Notes: generated by a model not told the origin, from the letters alone. A stretch of DNA of 64,000 bases from Puccinia triticina (GCA_026914245.1 CP110439.1:8742001-8806000), one strand, 5' to 3'. Shown: positions 1-13,318, counted from the stretch's first letter. Made by a program: numbers and translations.

Positions 1-456
1 TCTCTGAAATTACCAAGATGTAGGAATATGTCAGGGAGCAAAGGTCACACAGAAACCTTTGCTGGACATGTTAAGGGATAAGTGTCATGTAAAATCCAGT
101 ATTAAACTCAAACTGTGTTATATACTGCAAAGGCAGTCACCTGTTGCACTTTCTCCAATCCAAAAAAACAATATGCTGGCCAGAGAATCACGACTTATGC
201 CTCCCAAACTGCAAAGTACTGCACTTACTCCAAGGAACCTTTTGCACATTCTAACTATACTCTATCAAGGTTTGATAACATTACACAGGTATTTGGCATG
301 AGGAGGAGCAAGAATTTACAAATCTCATATGGCTTGGATAAAGCATCATCATTTTTTATCAAAGAAACACATCAAACAATGTCTCAAAGATGGGAAGGAG
401 GAAACTTTTGGGAAGTGGGAAAAGACAAAGAGGAAATAGGATGAAGTGTTGTATTT

Positions 457-1349
457 TCACTTAAATCTGTTCAAAGCTGAATGAAATGATCTCTTTTTTC
501 CGTTCCTTCTCTTTGGTAACTTCACCAGTGCCCAATCGTCTACGTTTAACTGTTGAATTTTTTTGGGATTTGACCTGAGGAAATATCTGGTTGATATTGA
601 GCGTCCTAAAACTTCGAGGCTGTTGACCTTCGCAAAAAATAAGTGTCAATTGTAACCCAGCACAAGAAGCAGGAGTGGGAAAGTGTGGCAGCTGATCACT
701 TACTGTTGTTTCCACAATGTGAGCATCCTTATAGGATTCAATCCCAGCCTTACCACCAAACTTGATCCAGTCCCCACGTTGAAGCTGACACATTTTCCCC
801 AAAAGTTCAGAGTCCCAGGCAAGAAGTCGGATCGAGGCCCCCTGCAATCAGTTTGCATGAGTTCTAAGTGAGTTCAAAATTCATATAACTATCACCTAGT
901 TTCACCAGACAGCGTACCTTCTTTGGTAATGCGTCCTGAACAGTCACATAGCTTTGTCAACAAGCAGTCCAATTGTAATTAACCTTTACCACATATCCAG
1001 ATCCCCAGACGCGAGCCTTGTGAAATTCCTCGACCAATTCAAAGCTTTGGCCTTGGTGTAACACCCACTTTCCTTCGCCAACCGTAACCTTGGGGTAACC
1101 ACCAAAAGTACTAGCAGTAAGGTATCCAGTGAAAAAGATTTGGGTTTCAGGATTGTAAATGAAAGGAGGGGGATCTGGGCTGCATGACTTTAGAATGACA
1201 TGGAATTTTGACAGTTCAGAATATGGGATATGTTGGACTATATCATTGGAACTGATCACAGTGGTGAGATGGATAGTATTATCTAAAGATCCATGAATCG
1301 ATGTGATATCCACTAGAGAAATGTGCAGGTTTCCAGATATCTCAAACAT
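457..1349 (-). pseudogene. 3-exon gene of unknown function (beta-rich, possibly OB-fold-like, basic C-terminus) with one premature TGA
   Basis: ORFs 957-1349 and 461-847 join through GT-AG introns 917-842 (gtacgc..ttgcag) and 703-628 (gtaagt..gcgaag), both phase 0. In-frame TGA at 957-959. The C-terminus reads KLPKRRNGKKRS. The fold assignment is only an impression. Confidence 0.5.
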
Positions 1350-2048
1350 TGTCGTAAATTTCTAATGTGGAGGTCTGGAGACAGATAACAGTACTGGAGG
1401 TATAGGGGGAGTTGATAATCATGAGGGGTTTGATCATCGGTGGACCATTCCTATTTAAGTTATTTTGGTGGGACCTCATGTTCCAAAACCCCACATACCA
1501 CCACAATTTCTGCAACCAATAGCTGCTTTACCCCTTTCAACTCTTTAATCAAGGGGAGAAGATTTACAGAAGGGAGTCCCACCACATATCCAAATAAATT
1601 ACCACAGGGATGTTTAGACTTTGGGGTTTCCAATCAATAAATATTTGTGGCACACGTCGAGATGTCTAAGGGACACCAGCAGAAATAAGAAAAGGGCTTC
1701 TGTTTAGTTTTTTGGGGATGTTTGGTTGTGCCGTACATAATGAATAACTATACGCAAAACCCCAAAAGCAATATGTAGGTGTTATGTATGCAGAAGCACA
1801 AAGGAAATGATCACCATGTGATGCAGCATTGTTTGTGAGGCTTTATGTTTGAGAAAATGATTCACAAATGAAGTGCTTACACCACATTGAACTACGATAG
1901 GCCTTTGTCCAAAATGAATTTGACCGGTATCTCCACTCCTGTATAATTTTTATGTAAACTATAAGGGCCAAACACATCAATTCACCACGTATTTCTGCCC
2001 AAAAAAATCAATTCCCTGCATATTTCTGCCTCAAAATGGAATAGCTAG

Positions 2049-2092
2049 GGCTTGTCACCAAAACGTACGCGCGTACGTTTTGGTGACAAGCC
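2049..2092. repeat. 44-bp perfect palindrome
   Basis: ggcttgtcaccaaaacgtacgc|gcgtacgttttggtgacaagcc: 22-bp arms, no spacer. Confidence 0.95.
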
Positions 2093-4312
2093 TTCTGTGC
2101 TGGAAGATTCAACCTCAGCCAGCACCCCCACCTCAAATAAAAACTGTCGAAGCACTATTTTTCATATGACAATAAAACGCCAGTTCACCATTTGATGTCA
2201 GTCCAATATATACATCTTATCCTTCCCTTCTCAAAGTGGAGGGGGTAAAGAAATGTAAATTGTTCACCCCTCTTGCTAGCCAGTTAACATGTATCACAGT
2301 TTTGAACTGCAGTTGGGTGATATCCCAACTGACACTCCCTGACAGCGTAATTCATCTCAATGCACAGTACCTGCATGCTTGTGTACCTGTATTCATATCC
2401 CAACTGTCTGAAATGAATTTTTTTAGGGATATACCTCCTTCAACATATTTTCACCCAATGTCTAATACCAGTTTTTCACAACGATTTTCAATGTTACACA
2501 CAAGTACATCCCAAAAAAAGTGCCTGGTAATTTAATGCTGGCATATTCCAGGGGAGATCCCCCCCAAAATCTATGATGTTGTCACAGAATGGTTAAGTCA
2601 GAAGCCTATGAAAACGTAGCATACTTGTCTTTTCATGTTTAGTTTATTTGATCAAACAAACTACACTAACAGTGAACTGACTTCAATGTATCCAAACCTG
2701 ATTGTGCCAGCTCCTCAAATCTTCCTCTTGTGATTTGAAACCTCCTCAACAATATCTAATTCACAGTTGCATTGAAGCAATCATCTCCAAACAGATTGGA
2801 AAATCAGAACCAAGAGCTGAAGGCATTGATTTGTATTTGATTCCAGGATAGCATCTCATACTTCCTCCGCAAAAGATTTTAAGGGGGGGCCTATTCCATT
2901 TATAGACTCATGAATCCATATCATGTATAGGTATTGGATTGTTTTTTGCCACACAATTTTCAGCTCATCTCAAACTTGATAAAAGTCCACTGCACCAACA
3001 CCGCAAAAGCCACACCAAAAGGGTATCATCAGCTTTCCCATCAAGAAAATGACACTTGAATTTCTCTGTTTCACTAGCACCGTGCATCAATTTCACATTG
3101 ATTGTTTGCATTATGTTACTTCATTTCAGTTGTATGTGAAAGATCATGTTATTCTTATGCAAACCAAAAGTAGTGATTTAGATTTAGATTTAGATTTTTA
3201 TTCTCTCCTGGAAGGTTCTTTCAAAAACATCTCAACTCATCCAAAAGTCATGTGATTATGTTAATGTCCCTTTTCCTCATGACTATGAGGCTTCTCATCA
3301 GGTTGAAGTGTTGGATTTGATTAACAGTTGAACTATGTGGAACATGTCTTCTGCTTTAATACTGATCAAAAGCACAGCAAAATTGTCTTCACGCAATGCA
3401 AATTTTCATGTGTATGCTTCAGAAACTAGCATCCTGCAAATCATAGACCCACTGATCTTGTCTAATCCTATATATGTATACTACATAATTCCTCACTCAC
3501 AAAGCACCCCACTTTGCAGGCTGGTACAGTTTTGAGTACCCTGTAATTATTGAGGACCATGGAATTCCTGTCATCTCTCTTAAGTATTTGCAACAATTCA
3601 AGTTTTTGATTAAAATTGCATAAATTTCAAATGTTTGTTGGAAATAGGCAAACACTTCTTTGCTGGCCAACATCTTCGCTCATGCAGAGTATTCACGGCA
3701 TCACACATCTCATTATTCTCTTTGAAATGAAACAGCCACTGCCCGCTTTAACTTGAAAATCTGTGCATCTGTCCAGCTTTCCATTTCATAGAGACCTTTT
3801 TCACCTTTTGCACATGTGTAACTTGAGTTTTTCGATTTGTTCTAATCTAGTATCTTGGCAAAAGTATTCTCCTTATTTTGTCTCTCATATTGAAGCATGT
3901 ATGGATTACCCTTTTGATGGTAATTGTCAGGTTGGTTTCAACACCACGGAAGCCTAAGTGTGAATTTGCAGTGCCCAATGTGGGTTCTGCAGTTGAAATG
4001 TGCAGAATTGCTGTGCGAGTTGGTACATTAATCCTGAATTTATTTGCTTTCCTGCTGAAGCAAGCCAAATTGCACAGTGGGTGCCTCGAACTCAGGATTC
4101 CCAGATGGCTTAACTCAAGCCCCCTCCACGTTGCAGCAAACGCGATTTGCAGGAACTTGAGTTCGCTGGAACTCAGAAATCCTGACTGGTCTCTTCATGT
4201 GTCAGTATTAACACTTCCAAAAACTCATCTGCACTTCTAAAACAACCATCACTCTGCCTTGCTCCAATCAATCAACCTTCTTGACCGGTAGCTCATCTCC
4301 CTCGCTGCAGAG

Positions 4313-4420
4313 CAACAAACAAGCAAACGATTCAACCGATCAAACGAACAAACTACTGAACAATCAAACAAACAAACGATCAAACGATCAAACAATCAAA
4401 CGATCAAACGAACGAACGAT
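4313..4420. repeat. Degenerate short tandem repeat (aaacgatc/aaacaatc units)
   Basis: Visible repeated aaacga(t)c and aaacaa motifs. Confidence 0.7.
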
Positions 4421-5022
4421 TAATCGCGCGCACGATTGCTTGCGCGTACAACTTATCTTTCAAGCAACCGCAGGTAAACAGCTCCTCCTGACTCGGAAAC
4501 TGTGTATGTATAACATTCTTCATTCCATTCCGAACTTTAGAATCTTCGCTTCCTCCCCATTAATTGATCAATTAATTAATCCTCCAACTGACCATGATGC
4601 TTTGTCTCTTTCAGGGCCAATCGTTCTCATCTCACCCCCTTGTATGTACTCCTTCCACTCTGAGCATTCATTGTTGCTAACACAAAAACCTTCCCTTGCT
4701 TCAATATTTATCATTTTGAACAATGTCCTTGATCAGGCTCTGACAGCGTCATCACTAGGACCCGGCTTTCTTTTTTGGCTTCAAGAGTGTGAAAACAAAC
4801 GATCGTTCAACATACCTACATACAAGGAAGTGAGTTGAAGCATTGGCTTGCCTTCCTTTCAATAGATCGATCGATCGATCAATCAATGAATCAATTGATC
4901 AAATGACATAATGATGAATAAATCACCGTTTGCTACAGGAAGCTAACATATGTATGATTCTTCTAACCTTACGCTATTGTCACATAGCTTTCATCGAAAG
5001 ACAAAACACGCTTCATTCCGCA

Positions 5023-6563
5023 ATGCAGAACCAACATAAAACCGAGCCTCCGCAGCTCAACACCCGGGATCCTAGTGTCAACGTTAGCGGACCCAACAAG
5101 CGATCTGCAGACCATGGAGATGAAGAGTAAGCAATATTTTCCTTCCTCCTTGACATTATTGCTGGTTTATGAGCAGGTGGTCAATGCTGTTGGCCTGAGC
5201 ATTCATTCAGGCCCGGTTGACCACCGTGTATGCTCAGTCTATTGGAGGAGGGTTGCTGCAGGATTGGTGCTGTTGGACTGAGCATCTATTCAGACCCGGC
5301 CCTTTCCCGCAAATATTTTTTCTCTGTATACCTATGTCTTTCTCAAGATGCCAAGGCTTGACTAACTTGTATCAAAACAGGAACTCATCCCGCAAAAGGG
5401 TGCGCCTGGGGAAAAACGTTAAGCGATGGGCGTTGAAGAAAGCAATCGCTGTTTCCCCGTTTCAAGCATCCGCCTCCACTAGTGAGACTCCAGAACAAGT
5501 CAATAACGAAAACATTCCTCCTCCTGATCCCAACAACAACGATAACGACAACAACAACAACAACGACAACAACACTACCGAACACATCTACTTCTACCTT
5601 GTGCCCCCTAGCCGCCAGGAAGACCTCCAACCCTCAGAACCAATCACCAGCAATGAAACGCTACAACAGTATCATCACTTCACTCACGGAACGTGCATTG
5701 CCTCGCCTCGCGGTCAGCCGGCATTCTGCAAGGTCAAATATGTCCCTTTTGATTCAATGTCTCCAGAAGAGATTCAAGGTTGGGAGAAACTAGTCTGTCA
5801 CTTCTTTGACAGGATGCATTATGTTGAGCGGGTGAAAAACAACGGGCCTCAAATGGAAGGATGGATGTGTGCTGATGGATGGCGTAAGGGATGTAAGAAA
5901 GAGTTGTTTGGACGTTATTGCTCTGTTGGTAAACTCCGCAAGATGATGATCCTGGCCAAGTACGATCCTAAAGATGAGGCAACCTCAATCAAAGAAGCAG
6001 GTGATTTCATCTCACTCCAGCTCCAACACCTTGCCCCTGGCGTCTTTGAATCGTACCGCAAAACCCTCATTGAGAACAACTTGCCATCCATGTCTCACAT
6101 GGAGTATCCTATGCCTTGCGATGCTCTCGACTTCGCCTCTTTTCTCACCTTCACCATGTACAACTTCCACAACGGACCCCACGTTGACACCGATGCCAAC
6201 CATTGGACTCTTGTTTGCTGGATTCCCATCTTCAACCCAAGGACCGCCTCAGAAGACGACCCAATTTTGGCTGATGAAGGGTTTGATATGGTAGGAGGTC
6301 AATTCACATTTAGGAATTTTCAGCTTTGCTTGGACTTGCACCATGTTTTGGGTGTTACTCTCTGTGTTTTCAGGTCCAGGGATCACATACACCAGACTCT
6401 TCCTGGAGCTTCTCCATCAGACAAGTACACTCGTATAGGTTTCTCTTGTCAAATGTCTGAAGCTATGTCTAATGCTGTAGTTGCTTACATTAATTGCACC
6501 GCTCCCTCCCTTGAAGTGGCCGGCCAACAAAAACAAATAGAAAATGCTCAGAAGAAGTTGTAG
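5023..6563 (+). CDS. TET/JBP-like 2OG-Fe(II) dioxygenase (spliced; 5' exons uncertain)
   Basis: The C-terminal domain has HxD (NGPHVDTD), GGQF, a distal His (RDHIHQT) and an Arg (TRIGFSCQ), the Fe/2OG ligand pattern of fungal TET/JBP proteins. Likely ATG at 5023 with donor gtaagc near 5127 and acceptor aaacag at 5380. An (AAC)n tract encodes poly-Asn. Confidence 0.75.
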
Positions 6564-8035
6564 TCTGCTCATATTTTCTGACTGCTTAATTCTCCTTTCT
6601 TTAATTTTATCTCTTTGCTTGCCTTTTTACGTCTTCAAATTAAATTTTACTTGAGCTTCTTGTTCCCCAAATTTTTGATTTGATATCTAGCTTTCCAGAC
6701 AAAACTTACACATGCCTTTGCTCATTTTATTTTGACACATTTCAAAGTAAGTCCAAATGTGAGGCTACCAGAACTGTTTAACAGTCTAAAATGGACTTTA
6801 ATCTACCAATTGGATTCAATACTGAAAAGTTATTTGTCTCCAAACAAAAACATATTTACAGACAAACCAATCTTTTGCATCTAATCTTCAGAAGAAACTT
6901 CAAATAACCCTTTCAATCTTCCAAAAAATTGAAATGGGAATCATGAGACACTCACTCTGGTCCATCACTTGCTCTAACTTCCATTTGAAAGCAGAGGTTA
7001 TATTTGCAAATCAAATGGATGTGGTAGCTCTTACGGAGGCAGATTTGCAGCCAATGTTGTCTAAAATCCCTGCATGCCTTATTGGGGGGCATGAAAGATT
7101 TCATTTTCATGAGGTCAAACATGAGAAGGAATTATATTGTTGATAAGAAATGTGCCTTAAAACCATTACACCCAAATTCCAATTCACAGATAATAGATAT
7201 GCAGAGAATTTGATTTGTGAGAGGAGGTGCCCACCCAGAGTATCTTGGCTTGATAATTCCTTCCTATGGAAAGCAAATAAATTCCTCACATTGAACAAGT
7301 CTAACTCTATCAGTCTTTATCTCCACTTGAGGGTGTGTGGATATCAAAATCTAATTTGAGTCTTACTTGCAAAAAGAGACTCCTCAAGTTCCACAATAAT
7401 TTCCTCCTGGTTGCACCTGAATGTAAACTATGTTCCAAACCATACCTGAAGATGAATTGGAATATAATCTATATTACCTCAATCCTTGCAAATTTCTCTC
7501 ATTGAAATTTTTGAATTCAAGAACTCACATCTTGTAAGACATGTACAAAGGGATAGGGCTTTAATTTGGATTGGTATTGTTGATGTGATCTTAAAGTGAA
7601 TCAAACCAATCCAGTTGAAACAATTGTTATCATATCTAAAAATAGGTCTTTTTTTGCATCTAATAAATCATTTCTCATCACTGAACTATAATCTATTTCG
7701 TATAATATTTCTGCATATGCTGTAGGTTTGGGGCTGAAGATAGTGTTGCAATGAACATTGGGAAAGTCCAAAATATACACATAACATTATTCCCAACTGT
7801 TCTTGCAATACAAGTTTTCCATGATAAGTAGGATATGACATCCGTTTGACGTTGACAACACATGAGGATGATGAATGATTTATATATCAACCCAAGTTAC
7901 ACATAACATCATACTGAGAACCAAATGCCTTACAACCAACTCCATACCTACTTCCTAGAAGTTACGGAAGGTTCACTCAAAAAAGTTACATGAAAGCACT
8001 TGCATGCAAGTGCCATGGAAACATCCCTGGTGCAC

Positions 8036-8643
8036 GTATAGGAAGGAACTTTGCCATCCAAAAGACCAGATCCCGACCAAAAAGAACCAGAAATCCACAA
8101 GATTTTTTGTTTTTCCGAGTTAAATTGATCCCCAATCCTTTCAAAAGTGTTCCTCATAGAGAAGCAAAAACTGTTAGTTTCTCGAGGAGCTCCCGTGAAA
8201 TAAATGTGAGATTGATGCGGAGGTTCAATAAAAACCCTAGGTCTATCCGAAAGCTGCGAGTTGACAACCTCCAATCTTCCCAATCTTCCCCCTAAAGCAT
8301 TATTTTAGCCTTCCACCAACCCTTGAAGATGAGCGATCGCTTCTTGGGATGCCGACCAATTCTTCATTAATTCATTGTGGAAGACATCCTTAATGTTTTT
8401 CGCTTCAGCTTGTGAAGAAGTTATCGCCAATTTGTCTTGGCGGGCCTGAGCGGTTAAAAGGGCAATCAATTCCGCTTGAGCTTGAAGTAAAGAGGACTGA
8501 TGCAAGTTATCGACTCGGAGGTTGGACAATAAGGCCAAAACATTATCTTCTTGCTGATTGACTGCACCAGTTTCTCCAGAATGGCCTTGTTGAGGAGCTG
8601 GTTGAGGCAAAAAAGTAGGGATAGGTCGGGGCGAAAAGGTCAA
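8036..8643 (-). pseudogene. Truncated Ty3/Gypsy-type gag
   Basis: ORFs 8305-8643 and 7948-8283 are in frame across one stop. A coiled-coil N-terminus is followed by FTG..F..F..F...KILWISG..PSY, resembling fungal gag. It starts about 200 bp inside the LTR at 8844 and breaks off near 8036. Confidence 0.6.
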
Positions 8644-8843
8644 AAAAGAAGGGGAAGTGTGATTGATCGGCGAGGGAGAGCTGGTTGCAAAGAATGAAGA
8701 CTGTCCAACAGGGACCGGAATCGGAAGAGTAGGTGGAGAAGGACAAGGAGTATGTCAAGGAGAGTTTTGGAGAGGTGTCATAGGTGCGATTTCAGAGTTA
8801 TCAGACATAGTTATGAGAAAAAAAATGATGATTGAGATATAAC

Positions 8844-9293
8844 TGTGAGGTCTACCCTACTACTCAGTTTGCTATGTGGCTTTGAAACTTATCCAAGAGG
8901 ATAGTTCACCATATGCTTGAGTAATAGATTAGACCATTCACAATGATTATGATAATTGTTTATAGACTTTCTCAAGAAACAATGTTTATTCGGAAAAATG
9001 ATGATAAGTAAAGTTTGTAATATAGTGACAAAGAATATCTCGATGGGAAAAAGAGGAAAGAAGAGGATCCGAACAACCTACAAAGGTAAACAGATAAAAC
9101 AGACTTTTTGGGGAATTTCCCGATGACATCACAACAAGGTAACAAAAGGAATACATCATGATTCAACAAACACGTGAAATAAACAACCATGACAACACGG
9201 AACCGCTATCTCCGATTGTTCCTAGTCTAATGATTAGTGATTCATGCTCAAAGATTAATAAGGATTACATAATCATAAAATCAAGTCGTTACA
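8844..9293 (-). mobile_element. 5' LTR of a truncated retrotransposon
   Basis: TG...CA ends (tgtgagg...gttaca), similarity to the solo LTR at 25955-26440, and adjacency to the gag remnant. Confidence 0.75.
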
Positions 9294-9888
9294 GCGTGGC
9301 AGAGCGGAGCATGTGGTGCCCGGTGGTACAGCAATATCGAGAAAGCTTGCGTTTCCCGCGGTCCAACTTTGGACCGCCAACTTGACTTCAGCCAACAGAA
9401 GAATACAGCTCTGTATCTCTCTCTCCTCTCTCCATGCCCCCCCCCCCCAAATCTGGTCGGCCGCTGTCCCCCCCCCCCCCCCCCCCAAATCCGGTCGGCC
9501 GCTGTCCCCCCCCCCCCCCCCGAATCCGGTCAGCCGCTGTCCCTCCCCCCCTCCAACCCACCCACCCACATTCTGGCCGTCCCATTTTTTTCCAGCTGCC
9601 ACCTGCCGTCCACCACCCCGCCTCACTAATCGACCGGCCTATTGTGAGTGCTTTTACTCCCTTCCCCGCCACCCTTCTGCCTTCCTATCCTTCTATCTAC
9701 CGCAGATCTGACGGTCCCCCCTCCCATCACAGCAGGCGCGTAACCTAACCTAGCCGCTGTTTGATTATTCGACTGAATCTACGGAACCCTGTGAGTTCTC
9801 CCTTGGCCAGTACTCATGACAGATCTTTTCCACACCAACAAGGATACTGACCAGTCTCCAACTGCACCCGCTGAATGCAGGAATCAGA

Positions 9889-11007
9889 ATGGTATTTGTT
9901 AAATACTCGCGAGACGTCAAAGTGATCGTGGTAAAGCTTAGCCTCCGAGGACTCGCGCTCGAGGAGATCAACAACACCATTGACCACAAGGTGTCTCCAG
10001 ACTTGCTCAGACGTTGGAATCGGCTGTACCGGACCACCCGGGATGTTGTGCGCGACCCCGCCCTTTACGCCGACCGTGGCCGTCCCCTATTGTTCACCGC
10101 GGAGGAAAGAGAGTTTATATTAGCCGCGCTGGACTTAGAACCAACACTGTACTTGGATGAGATCCAATCCCACCTTGCAGCCATGACCGGGGAGCTGCAC
10201 CCGCTTTCTTCTCTATCGGACGAATTGAGGAACCGGCTCAACTTTACGAAGAAAGTAGCCCGGACGGTTCACCCAAAGCAATGTCCTCACAAAAGGGCAG
10301 TTTTTACGGCCACTATTGGACCATACCCGTCAAATTACTTTGTTTTCATTGGTGCGTCTGTTATTTTCACATCCTCACATATTCCCCACCGACGCAGCTG
10401 AAATCCCTGTTCCCAGATGAGTGTGGTGTGTCTCTTGGCACACACTCCCGCAACAAGGTGTGGGCTACCCGCGGACGTTGGACGAGTCGGATTCATTGAG
10501 AACACGATGCCACGCGCGTGTCAGTGTTGCCTGCCGTATCCCTTGACGGGATGCTCTGTGTGATGGCTCAAGAGGGGTCCATGCCGCGAGTAGACATTGA
10601 ATATTTCCTGGAGGATGTCCTGGTAGGCCATATTGTTCATATTTCAAATTTCCCTTTATCCGCACAAGCTAATCAATTGTCAATATCTTGGGTTTTAGAT
10701 GCCCAGCATGAATCCGTTCCCAGGCCGCAACAGTTTCCTCATCATGGACAATGCCGCGATCCATCACCGGGGTAGGATCTCCGACATATGTATGGAGAAT
10801 CAGGTGTTGTTGGTGTACTTACCGCCTTATTCGCCAGATATGAATCCGATTGAGAAGGTTTTTTCTGCGCTCAAATCTCAACTGAAACAACAGCAATTAC
10901 TCACGGGTACCAAGATTGACGCCGACATCATCAAGGCGTTCCTCCCCACGCTGGTGACCCCTGGCATGATGGGTAACCTCTTCAGGGGCAGTGGGTATCG
11001 AGCCTAG
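9889..11007 (+). pseudogene. Tc1-type DD34E transposase, 3 exons, premature TGA
   Basis: HTH-like N-terminus, FVFI|DE, LIMDNAAIHH and YLPPYSPDMNPIE with 34 residues between D and E. Introns at about 10352-10417 and 10623-10698. TGA at 10497-10499. Confidence 0.9.
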
Positions 11008-12283
11008 GTCCCAACCGCTTGGGGTTTAATTAGTTGTCCATGTAATATATTGCCTCAGCCATATAAATTTTTTCTCTGCTATCTGTTCAGAAATACACGG
11101 GCCCAAGCGGCCAGAAATCTCAACATATGCTCTTGCCCATATTTTCCAGCGGCCTGGATCGCGCCGACGGCGCTGTGAACCAGCTCCAAATGAGCAGTGC
11201 ACCAATGTGAGATTGCGGGACTTGGTGATTTACTTGGCTTTTGTTCCTTGGGGACAGACCGGGCCAAGCCGGTTCTGTCCTCCCCTGAGTCGTGTCCAAA
11301 AATAACCCGACTTGGCTGGGCCTTCATGGCCAAAAATTGTCTTTGCTGCAACTTCTCTAAGTCGTGGAGACTTGAACATTGGTGCAGCTGGACTCCCCTT
11401 ATTGGGGCGCCGCAAAACACCGAGGAGTCTAGTCCATAACGAGTGACCAAAAAGATCATGTGTGACAAGAGAGACATATGTGTGTATTCCAAAAAGTGTG
11501 CTCCAAAACAGAACAAACAGGTATAGAGAGATAAGAACAGGAAGATAAGCTCAAGACAAAATTGAATATAAAATGGGAAGACCGAAAGATCGGAAGAGGT
11601 GGATATGGCTGCTATGGCGCTCATTGGCAAGTAAAAAAAGGCACATGCCTCCCAAAAAAACCTTGCCAGACTCTGCAGCAATCCAACACCGTGGGAATAA
11701 CTGATACAGCAGATAAGTCAGTATAGTGGGTAGGAATAAGATCATGAGCTCCAGACATTAGCTGTCTGGGGATTGGAATGGGGAAGTTCATTGATCTCAA
11801 CTCGCCCAAGTTCGTCTCAGCAAAAAAACTCCAGTGGCTGACTAGGGCAATGTTGATTAAGGCTTGTGGGTTAGGGTTGGCTCGGCCGAAGTTGCAGTGA
11901 TTGAGGAAATCCTCCATCCCGAGCACACGGCCTGCGGCATTGAGTCGGCCGGGCCCTTGCTTGTGAATTACCCTAGGAGGACTGGACTCCAAAATCCAGC
12001 CGTTGAGTGAGTCAACCGGGGCGGCCCGAGGCCCACTGGTGGGGGGGTCAGTTCTCTTGGCTGAGGTGGATCCCAAACCAGGTGCATTCTGAGCTGAGGT
12101 GGATCCCAAACCAGGTGCTTTCCAAGTGGGTGATATTCCTTGGGTACAAGGCGGGGACTGGCGAGCGTTGAATTTGAGCCGGCTCATTGTGTGGGCCATG
12201 CCATTGGTGGCGGGGCTGCATGGGATTTTGCAAACGGGGGACCGGTTGTTCCCCCCGGACACGTACTCAATATCTGTGCTCGC

Positions 12284-13318
12284 TGTAAGACTCAAAAGGT
12301 GTCGTGAGACCCTTTTGCTGAATGGCAAAAGGTATGGATGAGGAGCAAGCTCTGCCTTTCTGTATATCAGAAAACAAGACCACCAAGGTAAGCTTGGCAA
12401 TTTATTTTGTGATAGGATATGTTCGAAGATGAGATGTATAAGAGGATTGTTGTTGATGTCCGAGGTTGATGGGGTTACTGATGTATGTAGTAGGTGACGG
12501 TGACTTGATGTCTCGAGTGGGGCTTGAACCTAGGTCCTTGGCCTGGGGGTATATAAGTTCAGAAAGTGAGGGGTGATGAGGGTGAGAGGGAGCTAAGCTC
12601 AACCAGGAGTGGAACCGGGGACTGGTTACTGGTGAAAGGTGTGTGACTGAGCGGCGATATGAATTTCAAATAAAGTGTGAAAGGTATGAGAAAGTGAGTG
12701 GTGATGTGAGCTGATAACTGTGATATGGATAGATAATATGAGTGATAAGTGAGTAGAGAATATAGACTCCCCGATGGCATGAGGCCGGGAACAACTGGCA
12801 GGCAGAGGCCTCCTTATATAGACAATGATGAGGGAATTTAGCTCCAGGGGAGCAGCTATGAGGGAATTTGGCTGGTGAGAAAGTACAACTGAGGGAATTT
12901 AGCTAGACTATTTACAATGCGTCCCTTTGATATGCAAACAGGATCATATATATTCATACAGGGATTTTCCAAGATCAAAGATATGCAACTGGAAAACAAA
13001 CATATGCAAATGAAAATAGGAGGTGAGAACTGATAAAAGGAAGGAAGAAAGGTAATTCATGTGCCGTATGCATTATGCCAAGTATGGTAGCCAAGAGTTG
13101 AGTCTGTGTGTGAACCCGCTTGGACTGGTGCGTGAAAGGGATGATTTGCGTATCTTCTGATCCGGTAGAGATATGAGAGTGGTTTCAGTGGGTGACTAGG
13201 GGTTATTTTGGTCCTAGATTCCATTTCTGATTTCCATTTGGCCGTATCTTGAGGCGTTTTGTGAGTACACATAAAAGTTTGAATTTTTCCTTCTACAAAC
13301 ACAGGAATAATGACCACA
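12284..13318 (-). repeat. 3' LTR
   Basis: Near-identical to 22715-23749; two differences seen, at 12327 and 13093. Confidence 0.96.

Noticed and set aside
2100..4240. Decayed long ORF(s), possibly a transposase (also 6700-7950)
   Set aside because: The frames are semi-open with many stops and no motif I can recognise. Strand and identity are unsupported.
9273..9748. Pro-rich and Gly-rich ORFs (also 25734-25967)
   Set aside because: They are translations of the poly-C/poly-G tracts in the Tc1 TIRs.
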